Below, piece by piece: positions 53,301 to 64,000 of a DNA stretch of 64,000 nucleotides. Source of the DNA: Takakia lepidozioides (Eukaryota; Plantae; Bryophyta). The stretch is taken from assembly GCA_030704615.1 (NCBI GenBank), contig CM060731.1:41664001-41728000 (forward strand), in the 5' to 3' direction. The notes beneath the pieces are model-generated. The model worked only from the letters and a program-made list of their open reading frames with translations. It searched no databases and was not told the DNA's origin. The position numbers and the translations under genes were made by a program. Position 1 is the stretch's first letter. Each line of letters begins with the position of its first letter.

Positions 53301-54823
53301 TGCTGCAGAGGGGTTCTCCGGCAGCCCACCAGGACCGCTAAATCCAGCCTGTATGCTGCGGGTTTGGGGCCTGGGGATGTCCGGGAGGATGTCATCCTGG
53401 TCAGAGAGCTTGGTGTCGTCCTCCTCAACATGGTCAACCACTGGCGAAACCACCTCGAGCACTCTCCCCGTCTCTACTGCCCTCTCCCCGGCTTCACCTC
53501 CAACTTGCACAATCCGTGCTCTTTGTGGTGTTCTTTCCTCTCCTCCACTCTCCACCGTATGGGTAATTGCGGGGGCTGCTCTTGTCCGCGATGGTGTAAC
53601 CGGTGTGTTACTGCCTCTTTGTGGTGTCTTGGAGGGATCCATTGTCTCTGTGCGTCCTCGCTTACATGGGCATCTGTCATTTCGGCACCCCTGGCCTCTT
53701 CAGTGGCCTTTTCTCTTTCCTCCTAGCTAGCCTTCTGTCTCGCCTGTTCTTTTGCCCTCTCTTTTGCCCTCTCACGGGCTTTCTGTTTCTTATTAGGTCT
53801 AGCAGCAGGGGAGCCCTCCAGAACAACCACCTTTGATTGAGGAGAACTGACACCCTCGCGCGCACTGCTCACTCCCCCCTCCGCAGCCCGTGACGGCTCT
53901 CTCGCCGGGGATTGCATGTGCTTGGCTTTCTTCTTCTTCTTTGCGTGGGCGGGCCCTACTGCATGTGCATCAACAACCTCCATTGCCGGATCTGCTGTCC
54001 TCACGTCCTCACGCCCTTCACCTGCCATGCCGCCTGCACCAACCTCCCCAATGCCTATTCTGTCGTACTCTCGCTGCATGTCCTCCCGTCCACCAACAAA
54101 AGGTTTTAGTTTGCCCTCCCGCCCCAAGTTGGGCGATCCAAACATGCGATGAGTTGGAGCTGTTGATGATACCACCAGCGTGCCAGGCTCGTTGTCACTC
54201 TGTCATTCCCAAAAATCGTGAGAACCAACATCGGAATGAAAACCACCATCGCAACAATCGTGGAACAACAATGAAAACAAATCCAACCAATGCCTAAGAA
54301 TGACATGCACAAGCAGCCTTCTCAAGAGCTGCCGGCTTTGCACATGCATTGCAAACTATCTAAGGTTCACTCAACCGGTAACATGAAACACGATGAACAA
54401 ATGAACACGAATTCCATAAGACGGGAAAACAGGGTGAAATGTTTTGAAGGCACTTCATCTGCTCAGACAATCTTCTCAGCTTAGCATGGATTTCCTTAAT
54501 TTTTAACCACTCTGGCCTTGATCATTCTTCTCAACAGCTCCTACTTTTGCGATGCAACCATACGCTTCCAGCGATGCCAGGCTGAAGATGCGAAAACAAA
54601 CCAAAAAACGAAGTAAACAACAAAGCGAAAGCGGAAGTGGCTTGCCTGGGAGTACTCGGCTTCAGTTGGCGCGGGTTGTGAGCAAGACACTGGGAATCTC
54701 CTGCTGGAGCTTAAGTTTGGCCATGCGAGAGGTTGGCCGTCGCCCGTAGTACAAAGCCTTCAACTTCCGCCGCGGTCTGGATGTGGGGTCTCTCTCAGGA
54801 GAGCCACGCCCTTCACGCGGCAT
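50330..54823 (-). pseudogene. 5' half of element Y cargo gene: low-complexity N-terminus, ParB/Srx (DGQHR-like) domain, helical region
   Basis: VRPALPGDIDKLKFSF..FYVSIE..FYVWDGNHRLLAW (DGNHR at 52898-52912); several GT-AG introns incl. 50466-51540; in-frame stops and frameshifts; last exon cut at ~50330 by the 0.6-kb repeat block. Confidence 0.75.
50480..51460. repeat. 146-bp tandem array in a cargo-gene intron, two inverted GGCGCCGAATTT half-sites per unit
   Basis: gaactggaaattcggcgccattttccc...ggaaaaatggcgccgaatttcgg recurs every 146 bp (~50850, 50995, 51141, 51287). Confidence 0.92.
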
Positions 54824-55029
54824 AAGTCCCAGCAAAAGAAAAAAGATCTCAGTATTTTTGCTTACATGCCTCGAATAGAACTTCATCCAAGTTTAGCATC
54901 AGGTTTCCAAGACGTATCGAGGAAGCAATCGCGGAATCCTTGTGTCACCATCACGAATCAAAACCGACAGCGGAGGACATTTAATGCCCAACTACGCAAT
55001 TAAATGTCGAATGAAGTATGACGCAACGA

Positions 55030-55640
55030 AGCCCTCGGCGCCGAATTTCCATCCGCCAGGTAAGTCGGAGCGCCGAATTTCCGTCATGCAGGTAATTCAA
55101 AGAGCGGATGAATAGAAATCCAGCGCCGAATTTCCATCCTGCAGGTAAGTCGGAGCGCGGATGGATGGAAATCCGGCGCCGAATTTCCGTCTGCCAGGTA
55201 AGTTGGAGCGCCGATTTTCCGTCATGCAGGTAATTCGGAGAGTGGATGGATGTAAATCCGGCGCCGAATTTCCATCCTGCAAGTAAATCGGAGCGCGGAT
55301 GGATGGAAATCCGGCGCCGATTTTCCGTCATGTAGGTAATTCGGAGAGCGGATGGATGTAAATCCGGCGCCGAATTTCCATCCGCCAGGTAAGTCGGAGC
55401 GCGGATGAATGGTAATCCGGCGCCGAATTTCCGTCCGCTAGGTAAGTCGGAGCGCCGATTTTCCGTCATGCAGGTAATTCGGAGAGCGGATGGATGTAAA
55501 TCCGGCGCCGAATTTCCATCCTGCAGGTAATTCGGAGCAAGGATGGATGGAAATCCGGCGCCGAATTTCCGTCATGCAGGTAATTCGGAGCGCGGCCGGA
55601 TGGAAATTCGGCGCCGAATTACCATCCTGCAGGTAATTCT
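55030..55640. repeat. ~45-bp tandem array with palindromic GGAAAT(C/T)CGGCGCCGAATTTCC
   Basis: ggatggatggaaatccggcgccgaatttccatcctgcaggtaagtcggagcgc and variants, more than 10 units. Confidence 0.92.
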
Positions 55641-55779
55641 GAGAGTGGCCGCTTGTTTTTTTGGTCTAAAAAGACACTTAACCTTAAGTTTGGTGGCTGA
55701 AGTCCACTTTTAGACACGTTTTTCAGGGAATTCTCGACTGGTAGAGAGAAATTCCTTGCTTCTTTTCCATCCCTCTTAG

Positions 55780-56830
55780 TTCCTACATGGAAATTCGTTG
55801 CCGAAATTCCATCTGGCCGCGATTGCGATTACATGCCGAATGGAAATTCGGCGCCGGTTTTCCATCCCCTCCACCCGAGACGACTTTATTCCGGCACCCC
55901 CTGTTGGATATTCGGTGCCGAATTTCCGTCCGGGGGTTGTAATGTGACGGCCAGGTGCCGGCCTCTCCTCTCGAGCCGACTGCATCCGAACGGCCCCGGA
56001 TGTAAATTCGGCGCCGTTTTTCCATCCGGGGAGGTTTTTATGTCAGCCAGTTTCGGCTTGACCCCCCAACAGGACTTCCTTTGGGGGGGCCCGTATGGAA
56101 ATTCGGCGCCGAATTTCCATCAGGGGGATGTTCTCTATCGGACAGGTGCCGGCCTCTCCGCCCGAGGCGACTTCATCCGGGCGGCCCCTGTTGGATATTC
56201 GGTGCCGAATTCCCGTCCAAGGGTTGTAATGTGACGGCCTCTCCTCCCGAGCCGACTGCATCCGAACGGCCCCGGATGTAAATTTGGCGCCGTTTTTCCA
56301 TCCAGGGAGGTTTTTATGTCAGCCAGTTTTCGGCCTGACCCCCCGACACGACTTCCTTTGGGGGGGCCCGGATGGAAATTCGGCGCCGAATTTCCATCCA
56401 GGGGATGTTCTCTGTCGGACAGGTGCCGGCCTCTCCGCCCGAGGCGACTTCATCCGGGCGGCCCCTGTTGGATATTCGGTGCCGAATTCCCGTCCGGGGG
56501 TTGTAATGTGACGGCCATGTGCCGGCCTTCCCCCCCGAGCCGACTGCATCCGAACGGCCCCGGATGTAAATTCGGCGCTGTTTTTCCATCCGGGGAGGTT
56601 TTTATGTCGGCCACTTTTCGGCCTGACCCCCCGACAAGACTTCGTTTGGGGGGGCTCGGATGGAAATCCGGCGCTGAATTTCCATCCGGGGGATGTTCTC
56701 TGTCGGACAGGTGCCGGCCTCTCTGCCCGAGGCGACTTCATCCGGGCGGCCCCTGTTGGATATTCGGTGCCGAATTTCCATCCGGGGGTTGTAATGTTAC
56801 GGCCCGGTGCCGGCTTCTCCCCTTCCGCCG
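55780..56830. repeat. ~280-bp tandem array, three motif copies per unit
   Basis: tgtaaatt(c/t)ggcgc.gtttttccatcc at ~56001, 56278 and 56565; perfect 26-bp palindrome atggaaattcggcgccgaatttccat at 56095-56120. Confidence 0.92.
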
Positions 56831-57085
56831 ACATCATCCGGGCGGGCCCCCACTTTCTGACTGCATACCGTTGGCAGTTATTGCGCAAAGACCAGGGGCC
56901 GCATTCCGGAGACAAGGTTCATTAACAGCCTGACTGTGGATTTTTGAGATAGTTGGTTCCCTGGATTTGGATCAGGCTTCGTCGCTCGGACAAATCGGCA
57001 CCACATTCTTTCCCATTGGTGCATCCCTCTTCTACCAGGGAGCTTGTCCGCACGCCATCCTGGCAGTCTTGTGTGCACATCTCCC

Positions 57086-60000
57086 ATGGCGGAAAACCCG
57101 AGCGCTACAGTGTACTGCCCTCCTCACGAGCATAGAGCTTCATTTCCGTGCAGAGGGGACATCTGCCGTGTGATGGAGAAATATCTGTGCGTTCGATACC
57201 ACCTGAAACCGGGGTCGGTTTTTTTGGCGGAGGAAAGGAAGGACTCAAACGGCGTTTTTGTCGAGAGTATTGTTGTGCTCCACGATGATTTCGGCGATGG
57301 CAGGGAATGGCGAGTTCCACCATCGGACAGCGTCATATACAGGGCTGTTGGGGACTTCATTTGCCCGCCAAATGCACCTTTTATCCTGGCGCCTTCCACG
57401 AAACAATCCGCGAATCAGAGAGTGGGTACTTCAAAGAGAGAAGTCCGCAACGAAGTAAATCCAGAGCCCAACCCATCAATGAAGACGAGCGAGAACCGGG
57501 TTGTTCAGTCCGACTCCGACGAGGTCATGGAAGTTCCGAGATCGTCCTGGAGATCAGGCAAGTCCTCAATGGACGTCAGTGGACGAGGGAGTCATATTCC
57601 CAGCACGAGCACCGCAGTTCGATCCATTCTTGAAATTCTGCGAGGGCTTCACATGGATTGACACCGCTTGAAGCTGGCCGGGCTGGATTACAACAAGTTC
57701 GCAATTAAATCGGTTACATGCCTTCCCGCAGACGTCGACGATAATATCTTCTTTGAGTTCCCTCCTCGGAGGGACTACTCGAGGGCGTCCGGAATGTTGA
57801 CAGATATGGATAGAAAACATGACGGTCATCCTTGGTGCGTCACCAAAACCACCAGCATGAAGATGCTCGATGGTGTGCGGGTGCGCTACGTTGTTTGTGC
57901 GGGCGTGTTGCGGTGTTTCTCCCCAACTTGCTTCCATTTTAAATCCAGAGGTCACAGGAACGAGACCGATTGGACAGGCACAACTCATCAACCATTTCGA
58001 GCTCAGGAGAAGGTTCCGAACTCCACATTTAAGTGAGCGCATTACAAAGAACCACCACACTGCATGTCTGTTTGTAATGCCAAGCAGTTCTATGTGTTGC
58101 ACCGTTTCCCTGACCTCACCCGAGCTTGCATACACGTTGGTTCCCATTGTCACAAATTGGCAAGGGGGAACTCGCGGGAGGCTGCCCACGAGGCAGAGCA
58201 GCTTGTTCAGGAGGAGGTTAAGTTGAGACCGGGTGCCAAACCCAAACAGATACAGCTCCAAGCCGCCCATAAGATGGCATTGGCCAGAATTATGTCGGAA
58301 GACGGCTCCGATAGAGTTCCTCTCGATGACAAGGAAATGGAGGCATTGTTGGAGTCGGTGTCCCACGTCTGTTCATCGAATGTCCGAAACCACATTGTCT
58401 CATGCAAACCAAAAATTGGGCGTGGCTCGGATATGCACTCCATTCTGGAGGTGAGCGACGATGTGGATATGACTACATTCATGGAAGTAGGTTTCTAGGA
58501 CAAGGGACTGAGGCAGATCGTTGTTTCGTATTCAAAATGTCCACGTGTGGACCTTGCAGCGGCGTCCAACTGTTTCAAGATGACGACTGGGGACTTGTCA
58601 AACAGTTGGGTCATGTTCGACCATATCAAGCGAATTACAAATCACCAGTGGGTGACAATGGGTGCACATGTCTACCACACCCACTGCAAGATGCTAATGA
58701 CAATTGCTATTTGTGAGATGAAAGGAGAGGACACACAATTGGAGATGCTTCTTTGGCAGGGAATAAACGAACAGATGGCCAAGGCGGGATTGCCCCCTCC
58801 CAATTTCCGTGGTTTCATGGCGGACAACGCACAAGCAAATTGGGCTGCCATCCGAAGGGTGTACGGGCAAGACCCCAATGTTCCCATGGAAGGCAAGGAG
58901 AGATCTTGTGGGTTCCATTTTCTGCAGAGCCTTTCGCAGTACACAACCAGGCTCGTGGCGCTAGATTTCAGAGATGAGCACCTTTCCATGTATCTTGCGT
59001 GGCAGCGCGCTCCCACCTTGGATGATGGAGAGACACAGTTTGCATGTATACGGGCTTGGTGGACATCGTCAGGTGCTGTAAGGAAATCAGATGAAGGAGC
59101 AATGGTCAATTGGCTAGCATGGTGGCATTCTCGTTTCCTCTAGTTCGGCGACTATATGCGGGAGGTGAGTTGCACGAATTCACGTCCCGTTGAATATTAT
59201 TCTTGGCATTATTTGAAACTTGCTTGTAACCTCAACATGTGCTTGTGCAGGAAATGTGTCTCGACTCCGACACCGACATGCCCACGACAAACATGGCCGA
59301 ATCAGTGCATTCTTCCTGGCGTGCCTCCTCTGCGGCGCATCTGGTGGACATCCTCACTGCCACAACGGAGGACATTGTGAGGTCAGATATGCAGCAATGC
59401 AGGTACAACAAGTTCTTGAAAGGGAAACAGTAGGGCTTGGGGCCGGACAGGCAGGAAATGCTGATGCGGACTACCTCCAGATCGATGAATCCTCGGAAGT
59501 GGGCGGCGGCCTTGTGAGAAGGCCTTCGGGACACGCCATTGCTTCGAAGATGCCAACATTTGGAATGAGATGTTCATACCCGTCCAGTGAGACGAAGACT
59601 TGACGAGGCACCTGGCGGGGAAGATGATTCATGGCGAGCTGACAAGAATATTCGCACGCTCCCTCGTGGTCCTGTGATGTTGCCCGAGGAGGTCTCGTCG
59701 AGCACCGCAAGTCCTGCACGTTCAAGATCGTCATCTCCTTTGAGCACAGGGCACGTGCCCGGGCAACATAACGAGCCATCTGTAGTAAAGCAGTACAACA
59801 TTCCCATTGTGGAGACAAGAGTGTCGGAGTCACAGTGGAGAATTGCAAGGACATTGCCGGAATTTGAGGGAAGTGCTGCGCCATCCGGGTGGATACGAGA
59901 GCACGCTGTGGTGAGATGATTCGGAGGAACCCACACGGTGCTGTACCTGCACCTTGTTTCAGCGGTAGATTTTTTACTCCCACATTTGCTCACGCCACAA

Positions 60001-60668
60001 CGCAGACGTTTTGGTTCTGTAGGCACGACATAAATGACCTGTGTATTTGGCAAGCCCAAGTACGGGATTCAGGGAATGCCGGAGCCTCCGGGCGTCTGGC
60101 CTGTTGCACCGGGTTGCAGCCTCTCTCAGAATGAGGCGGATACTCTATCTGCAGCAGGATTTCGAATGGTGCAACGCACAGACGTCCCGGCCCACGCATT
60201 TCCAGTTCCTCAGACCCAGCCATTGCAGACTGCTCGGTCCAGTAGAGACGGATTGGACAATTCTGCACATCCCACAATGCGATTCGGAAGAGTGAAGAGA
60301 TGACACCCTCCCAACAAGTTAAATGAGACTCGGATTGCCAATGCTCTTGGGATGGCCTGCACTATTCTGAGCTCCGTGGACGTACCTTCACCCGGCCTAG
60401 GCGTGTTTATCGGATGGCAACGGCCGGCTCGGCTGTACGCGACAATGTATACACAATTACGATTGGAGTGGAACCGACTTGCAATTGTACGGACTTCTCG
60501 TTGATGGAAGCAAAGAAGGGTTCAAAGTATTATCCGTGCAAGCATCTGTATTACATTTACCTGAAGAGGTTGAGGATGAACGTGACTATTGATGACTTTA
60601 TTCATGCACCGGCGTTGAGTGTGAACGAGCTGCACAAACTCCTCCTTAGGGATTCCAGAAATCATTGA
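57086..60668 (+). pseudogene. Mutator-like DDE transposase with N-terminal Cys/His (GCM-like) region and C-terminal SWIM finger; disrupted
   Basis: MDRKHDGHPW..CAGVLRC..C; IHVGSHCH; VMFDH (D), FMADNAQA (D), SCGFH (CxxH), TTNMAES (E); CNC..PCKH SWIM. In-frame stops at 57659, 59141 and 59431, plus frameshifts. Confidence 0.85.
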
Positions 60669-61604
60669 TGGGACAAAGGGAATCCTCCATATGGATATTT
60701 TCAATTGCATTTTCATGTATCAGATTTTTTTTTGCAGTGTAATGAAATGCCCCCCAAAACTCCTGGAATGAGGCAATATTCCATTCAAACTGAGATCCAA
60801 CAGAAACAATTGTGGGACCATTTCTGGAAAAATAGCGCCGAATTTCTCTATTTTGGGCCGAAAACTGGCTAAGTCCCTACATGCACTGGTACCCCTGTGT
60901 CTGGAAAAATGGCGCCGAATTTCCCTATTTTGGGCCGAAAACTGGCTAAGTCCGAACATGCACGGGAACGATGTCTGGAAAAATAGCGCCGAATTTCTTG
61001 TTACATGGCCCAGAACTGCCCAACATCTGTGCAATCCCCGGCACCATGTACCGAAATTTGGCGCCACATTTCCAAATTTTGGGCTTACACACCTGTCATG
61101 AGGGGACCTATAGCCGCGGAATTCGGCACCATTTTTCGCCAGAGAAACCTATTACCGCAAAATTCGGCGCCATTTTTGCACATGTCGCTGGGAATTGGCA
61201 TGAGCGGAAGACGAAATATCATGAGCACAACTCTCAAAACTACAATTTTCCCTTCAAGGTGCCGAATAATATATTTGTTTTTTCTGACACATTGCATTAA
61301 ATTAATGTTTTATAATGTTTTTTATTTTCGAAATTTGTACTTCTGCTCATGAAAACCGATTGTCTTGCTACTCCGCTCATGCCGCTCATGCTCATGAAAT
61401 AGCTAACCTCCAGTAAACACAGTAAGGTAAATTGATAACATGAAGGCAAGAAGGAATACAAATAGGAAGCACAACCATGATTCACTAGCTGTAGGTCGTG
61501 ACTGATTGTTCTGAGCGGGCTGAGTGCTTAGAGATATCCAACTCTTCTATCTTGGAGTTTCCACCTCGGATAACAAAGGGATGGTTGAGTAAAAGCCGCT
61601 CGAC

Positions 61605-64000
61605 ACCGCCATTGGTACAAGCAATCATTCCCATGTTGGTCAATCCCCCAGAATGCCGTCTTTTGCTTGTCAGCCTCTTTGATTGGCAACTGGTGGTAAC
61701 CGGATCACAAGTCCAATGTGCTAAACACCTTTGCATGCCCAATGGCATCAAAGATCTCATCTGGAGTTGGCATGACATATCTATCGGACTTAGACTGACG
61801 GTTCACAAGACGATAGTCCCCACACATCCTTCTTTCTGTCCAATTGCCATATATATCCTTCTTAGCTGGCATCACCATTGCCGAGGCATACTCCCCACCT
61901 GACAACTCCACCAATCCAGCTTCAAACAACTCCATAGTCCGTGACTGGATCAATGACCTCTCCATGTCACTATACCGGTAGGGCCTTCGAAAGATTGGCG
62001 TGTCACTTGCCAAATCAATACGAATCTCCTGACCCTTCAAACTCCCCAAATCCTTCAAACCGAAAGCAAAGCAATTTCTATAAGCCCTTAGAAATCGCTG
62101 GATCCTCCGTCTCTCTCCTCCGGTGACTGTAGGTCCAACATCCGGTTCCCAATTGTCCTCAGTGACTGCAACCTTGGGTACACCAGGCTTAGAGATAGGA
62201 GACGAATCCTTTGGTTACTAGATAGCAACCTCTTGGGCCTTGTCCGCCCACTCTGACTGTGGCGTAGCCTCCACTTGCTCCGCCATAGCCACCTTGAGAA
62301 CATCCTCTGGGGAAGAAACATCGTCAACCTCTTCAAAAACCTTAGTCACCTTGGCCTCCAACTGATCCTCAGTGTATGGCTCTCCCCACTCCTCATACTG
62401 CTGCTTGAGAGATCCAATAACTCTCTCTTTGCGCATCTTATCCCATATCTGCCATAGATGTTTGCACCCCATGATCCTGTGCTCGCCCCCACTCACTGCC
62501 TCCACCGTCCCGGTTGGAAGAGAGGGTGCAATATCCAATGGGAGTGCGGAAGTAGCCACCAATGCTTGCATCTCTGTTGCTCAGCCATACACAAGCCAAT
62601 GACCCATGTCAAGCAATTGAGATCCATTGCCTGACCCTACACCTGGCATCGTGATGCCTCTGACAGAGCTGGCACAACTGTAGTGCCCGTGGAAAATCCC
62701 ATTGCCCGCTCTCGCTCATCCGCATTGGGCTCCACCAATTGCTGTAGCACACTGTCCCAAATCAACCCAAGACCATTGTCTCAAAAAGCATGAGACGAGG
62801 GAAAGCTCATGAGCGTAGGCAAAGCTGCACGTGGCTGCCCCACTCGATTGACCACCGCCAAAGGTGGACGATCATCATGTCGCACTCTCTGTGGTTGCCT
62901 CCCTTGGTCCAAAATGCCCTCAACCGTGAGGTTGGGTGGCCGTTGAATGGAATCATAGGCTCTCTTGAGCAACTCTAGTGGTGCAAGATTGATCCACCAC
63001 AACCTAGGCCTATGTGCCCGTGAACCCACTGCAGCTGCATCCAACAATACAGCTGGTCCAATCCATGACCGGATCTGATGCACACTGGCCATAACCTTGG
63101 CCCGAGAATCCCCCATGAGAGGAATATTCTCCAAGATGTAAGCTGAAGGTTGCACTTGCCTCACTTGCAAGTCACGCAACACTCGCAACATCTCCCAGAA
63201 CAAATGCGATCGTGCATCATGCAAGCCATTCCCATGACCTGCGGGAGAGACGTGTCCTTGGCAAGGCCATCCAGCTATCACCAAGTCAATGGCACCATGC
63301 CGGTCCAAATCATCCGCCCCCAGCAAGGTAATGTCTGCTGGCAAGGCCTTTTGATACCCTTGAATTGCTGAGAGAGGCAACAACTCAGGATATTGATGTG
63401 TGAGCAAGGCAACATGGCGCATGGAAACACGCCGAGCAATCTCATCCTTCTCCACATACAAGTACTTGCGTACTTTGATTCCTGCTTGCAACACTCCTGG
63501 GCTCATGCCTCCAAACAGGTCTAGCAGACAAATGCCTGAGTTCGGTTGTTGCCAGATAATGGGCACTGTGTCCAAATGAGCTAACTAAGGAGGTCCAGGT
63601 GATGTCACTGAACTCCCTTCACTCACCAATGGATAGGCCTCCTGCCATGCTTGGTGCACACACTTGCATGCTACTCGATGCAAATTCCCAACTGTACCCC
63701 ATAGTGGAATATGAACAGACACATGAGGAAGCAAATCAGCCTTATATGCCAATTGTTTGTCCTCATCAGGTGGTGGCCTATCATTTGCATGGCTATTTCC
63801 CTCCAAGAGCTCACCACCCCAAGCCACCACCCCTGAAAATGCAGCCAATGTGGGCATCATGTTCCTATGATCCACCGCTACATTCCCAATAAACCGCACT
63901 GGGAGCAGTGCACATCGGCCATCTCTTGACTGCCACTCCGGCCTGTAGGATGTCATTTCCTCCCAAAAGTCCAAAGTAAACCCCATGGGGTACAACACAG
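61605..64000 (-). mobile_element. Ty3/Gypsy pol fragment: pre-MTase segment, C5-DNA methyltransferase, then N-terminal RT (truncated ~61605)
   Basis: RT start PIFRRPYRYS..GLVE..YASAMVMPAKK..RMCGDYRLVN..YVMP..KVFSTLDL*SGYHQ..KTAFWG at 61605-62058. Confidence 0.88.
62590..63575 (-). pseudogene. C5-cytosine DNA methyltransferase domain within the Gypsy pol
   Basis: Motif I LLDLFGG, II YVEKD, III DIT, IV DLVIAGWPCQG, VI YILENI, VIII AHRPRLWW; after a stop at 62781, IX ERERAMGF and frameshifted X GQAMD. Confidence 0.92.

Larger units (their letters stand above)
49564..61411. mobile_element. MULE-like element Y, right part (original orientation)
   Basis: Right terminus gctcatgaaatagctaacctcc; contains the transposase, the 5' half of the cargo gene and three motif arrays. 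Confidence 0.85.

Noticed and set aside
44749-54823. Bacterial or phage contamination explaining the ParB/MTase domains
   Set aside because: The domains are split by in-phase GT-AG introns and lie inside a eukaryotic MULE contiguous with plant genes.
55030-56830. CRISPR-like array, or the long repeat-derived ORFs as genes
   Set aside because: Spacers are themselves repeated, there are no cas genes and the context is eukaryotic; the ORFs are translations of GC-rich tandem repeats.
34261-61411. A single 27-kb MULE with a nested 39744-46885 MULE
   Set aside because: Neither apparent TIR pair has a direct TSD; flanks pair as 34261/39744 and 46885/61411 in reverse complement, which indicates two inverted elements.

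Overview
Eukaryotic nuclear DNA from a non-seed land plant (bryophyte/lycophyte-like: spliceosomal introns, MIR160, PLS-type PPR fragments, a cyanobacterial-type F420-0:gamma-glutamyl-ligase-like gene). The left half (1-30 kb) is genic: MIR160 hairpin, multi-exon CofE-like gene (-), head-to-head LpxA (+, with an antisense PPR relic in an intron) and a RING-CH/MARCH E3 ligase (-). The right half (34-64 kb) is a rearranged transposon cluster. Two related Mutator-like (MULE) elements, here called X and Y, have each been split by an inversion; reverse-complement target-site duplications, 12-13 bp inverted breakpoint repeats and a split LTR allow the original order to be rebuilt. Rebuilt element Y (~15 kb) carries a DDE/SWIM transposase plus a divergently transcribed, intron-containing cargo gene that joins a ParB/DGQHR-like domain (DGNHR) to a beta-class N6A/N4C DNA-methyltransferase-like domain. 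Its non-coding DNA is packed with a palindromic CGGCGCCG-core motif whose flanks differ between X and Y. This is the main candidate for an undescribed system: a transposon-encoded ParB/parS-like, self-targeted DNA-marking or anti-silencing module. The window ends in a Ty3/Gypsy element with a C5-cytosine methyltransferase upstream of RT. All TE ORFs here are decayed. All calls come from motif recognition by eye; no database search was run.
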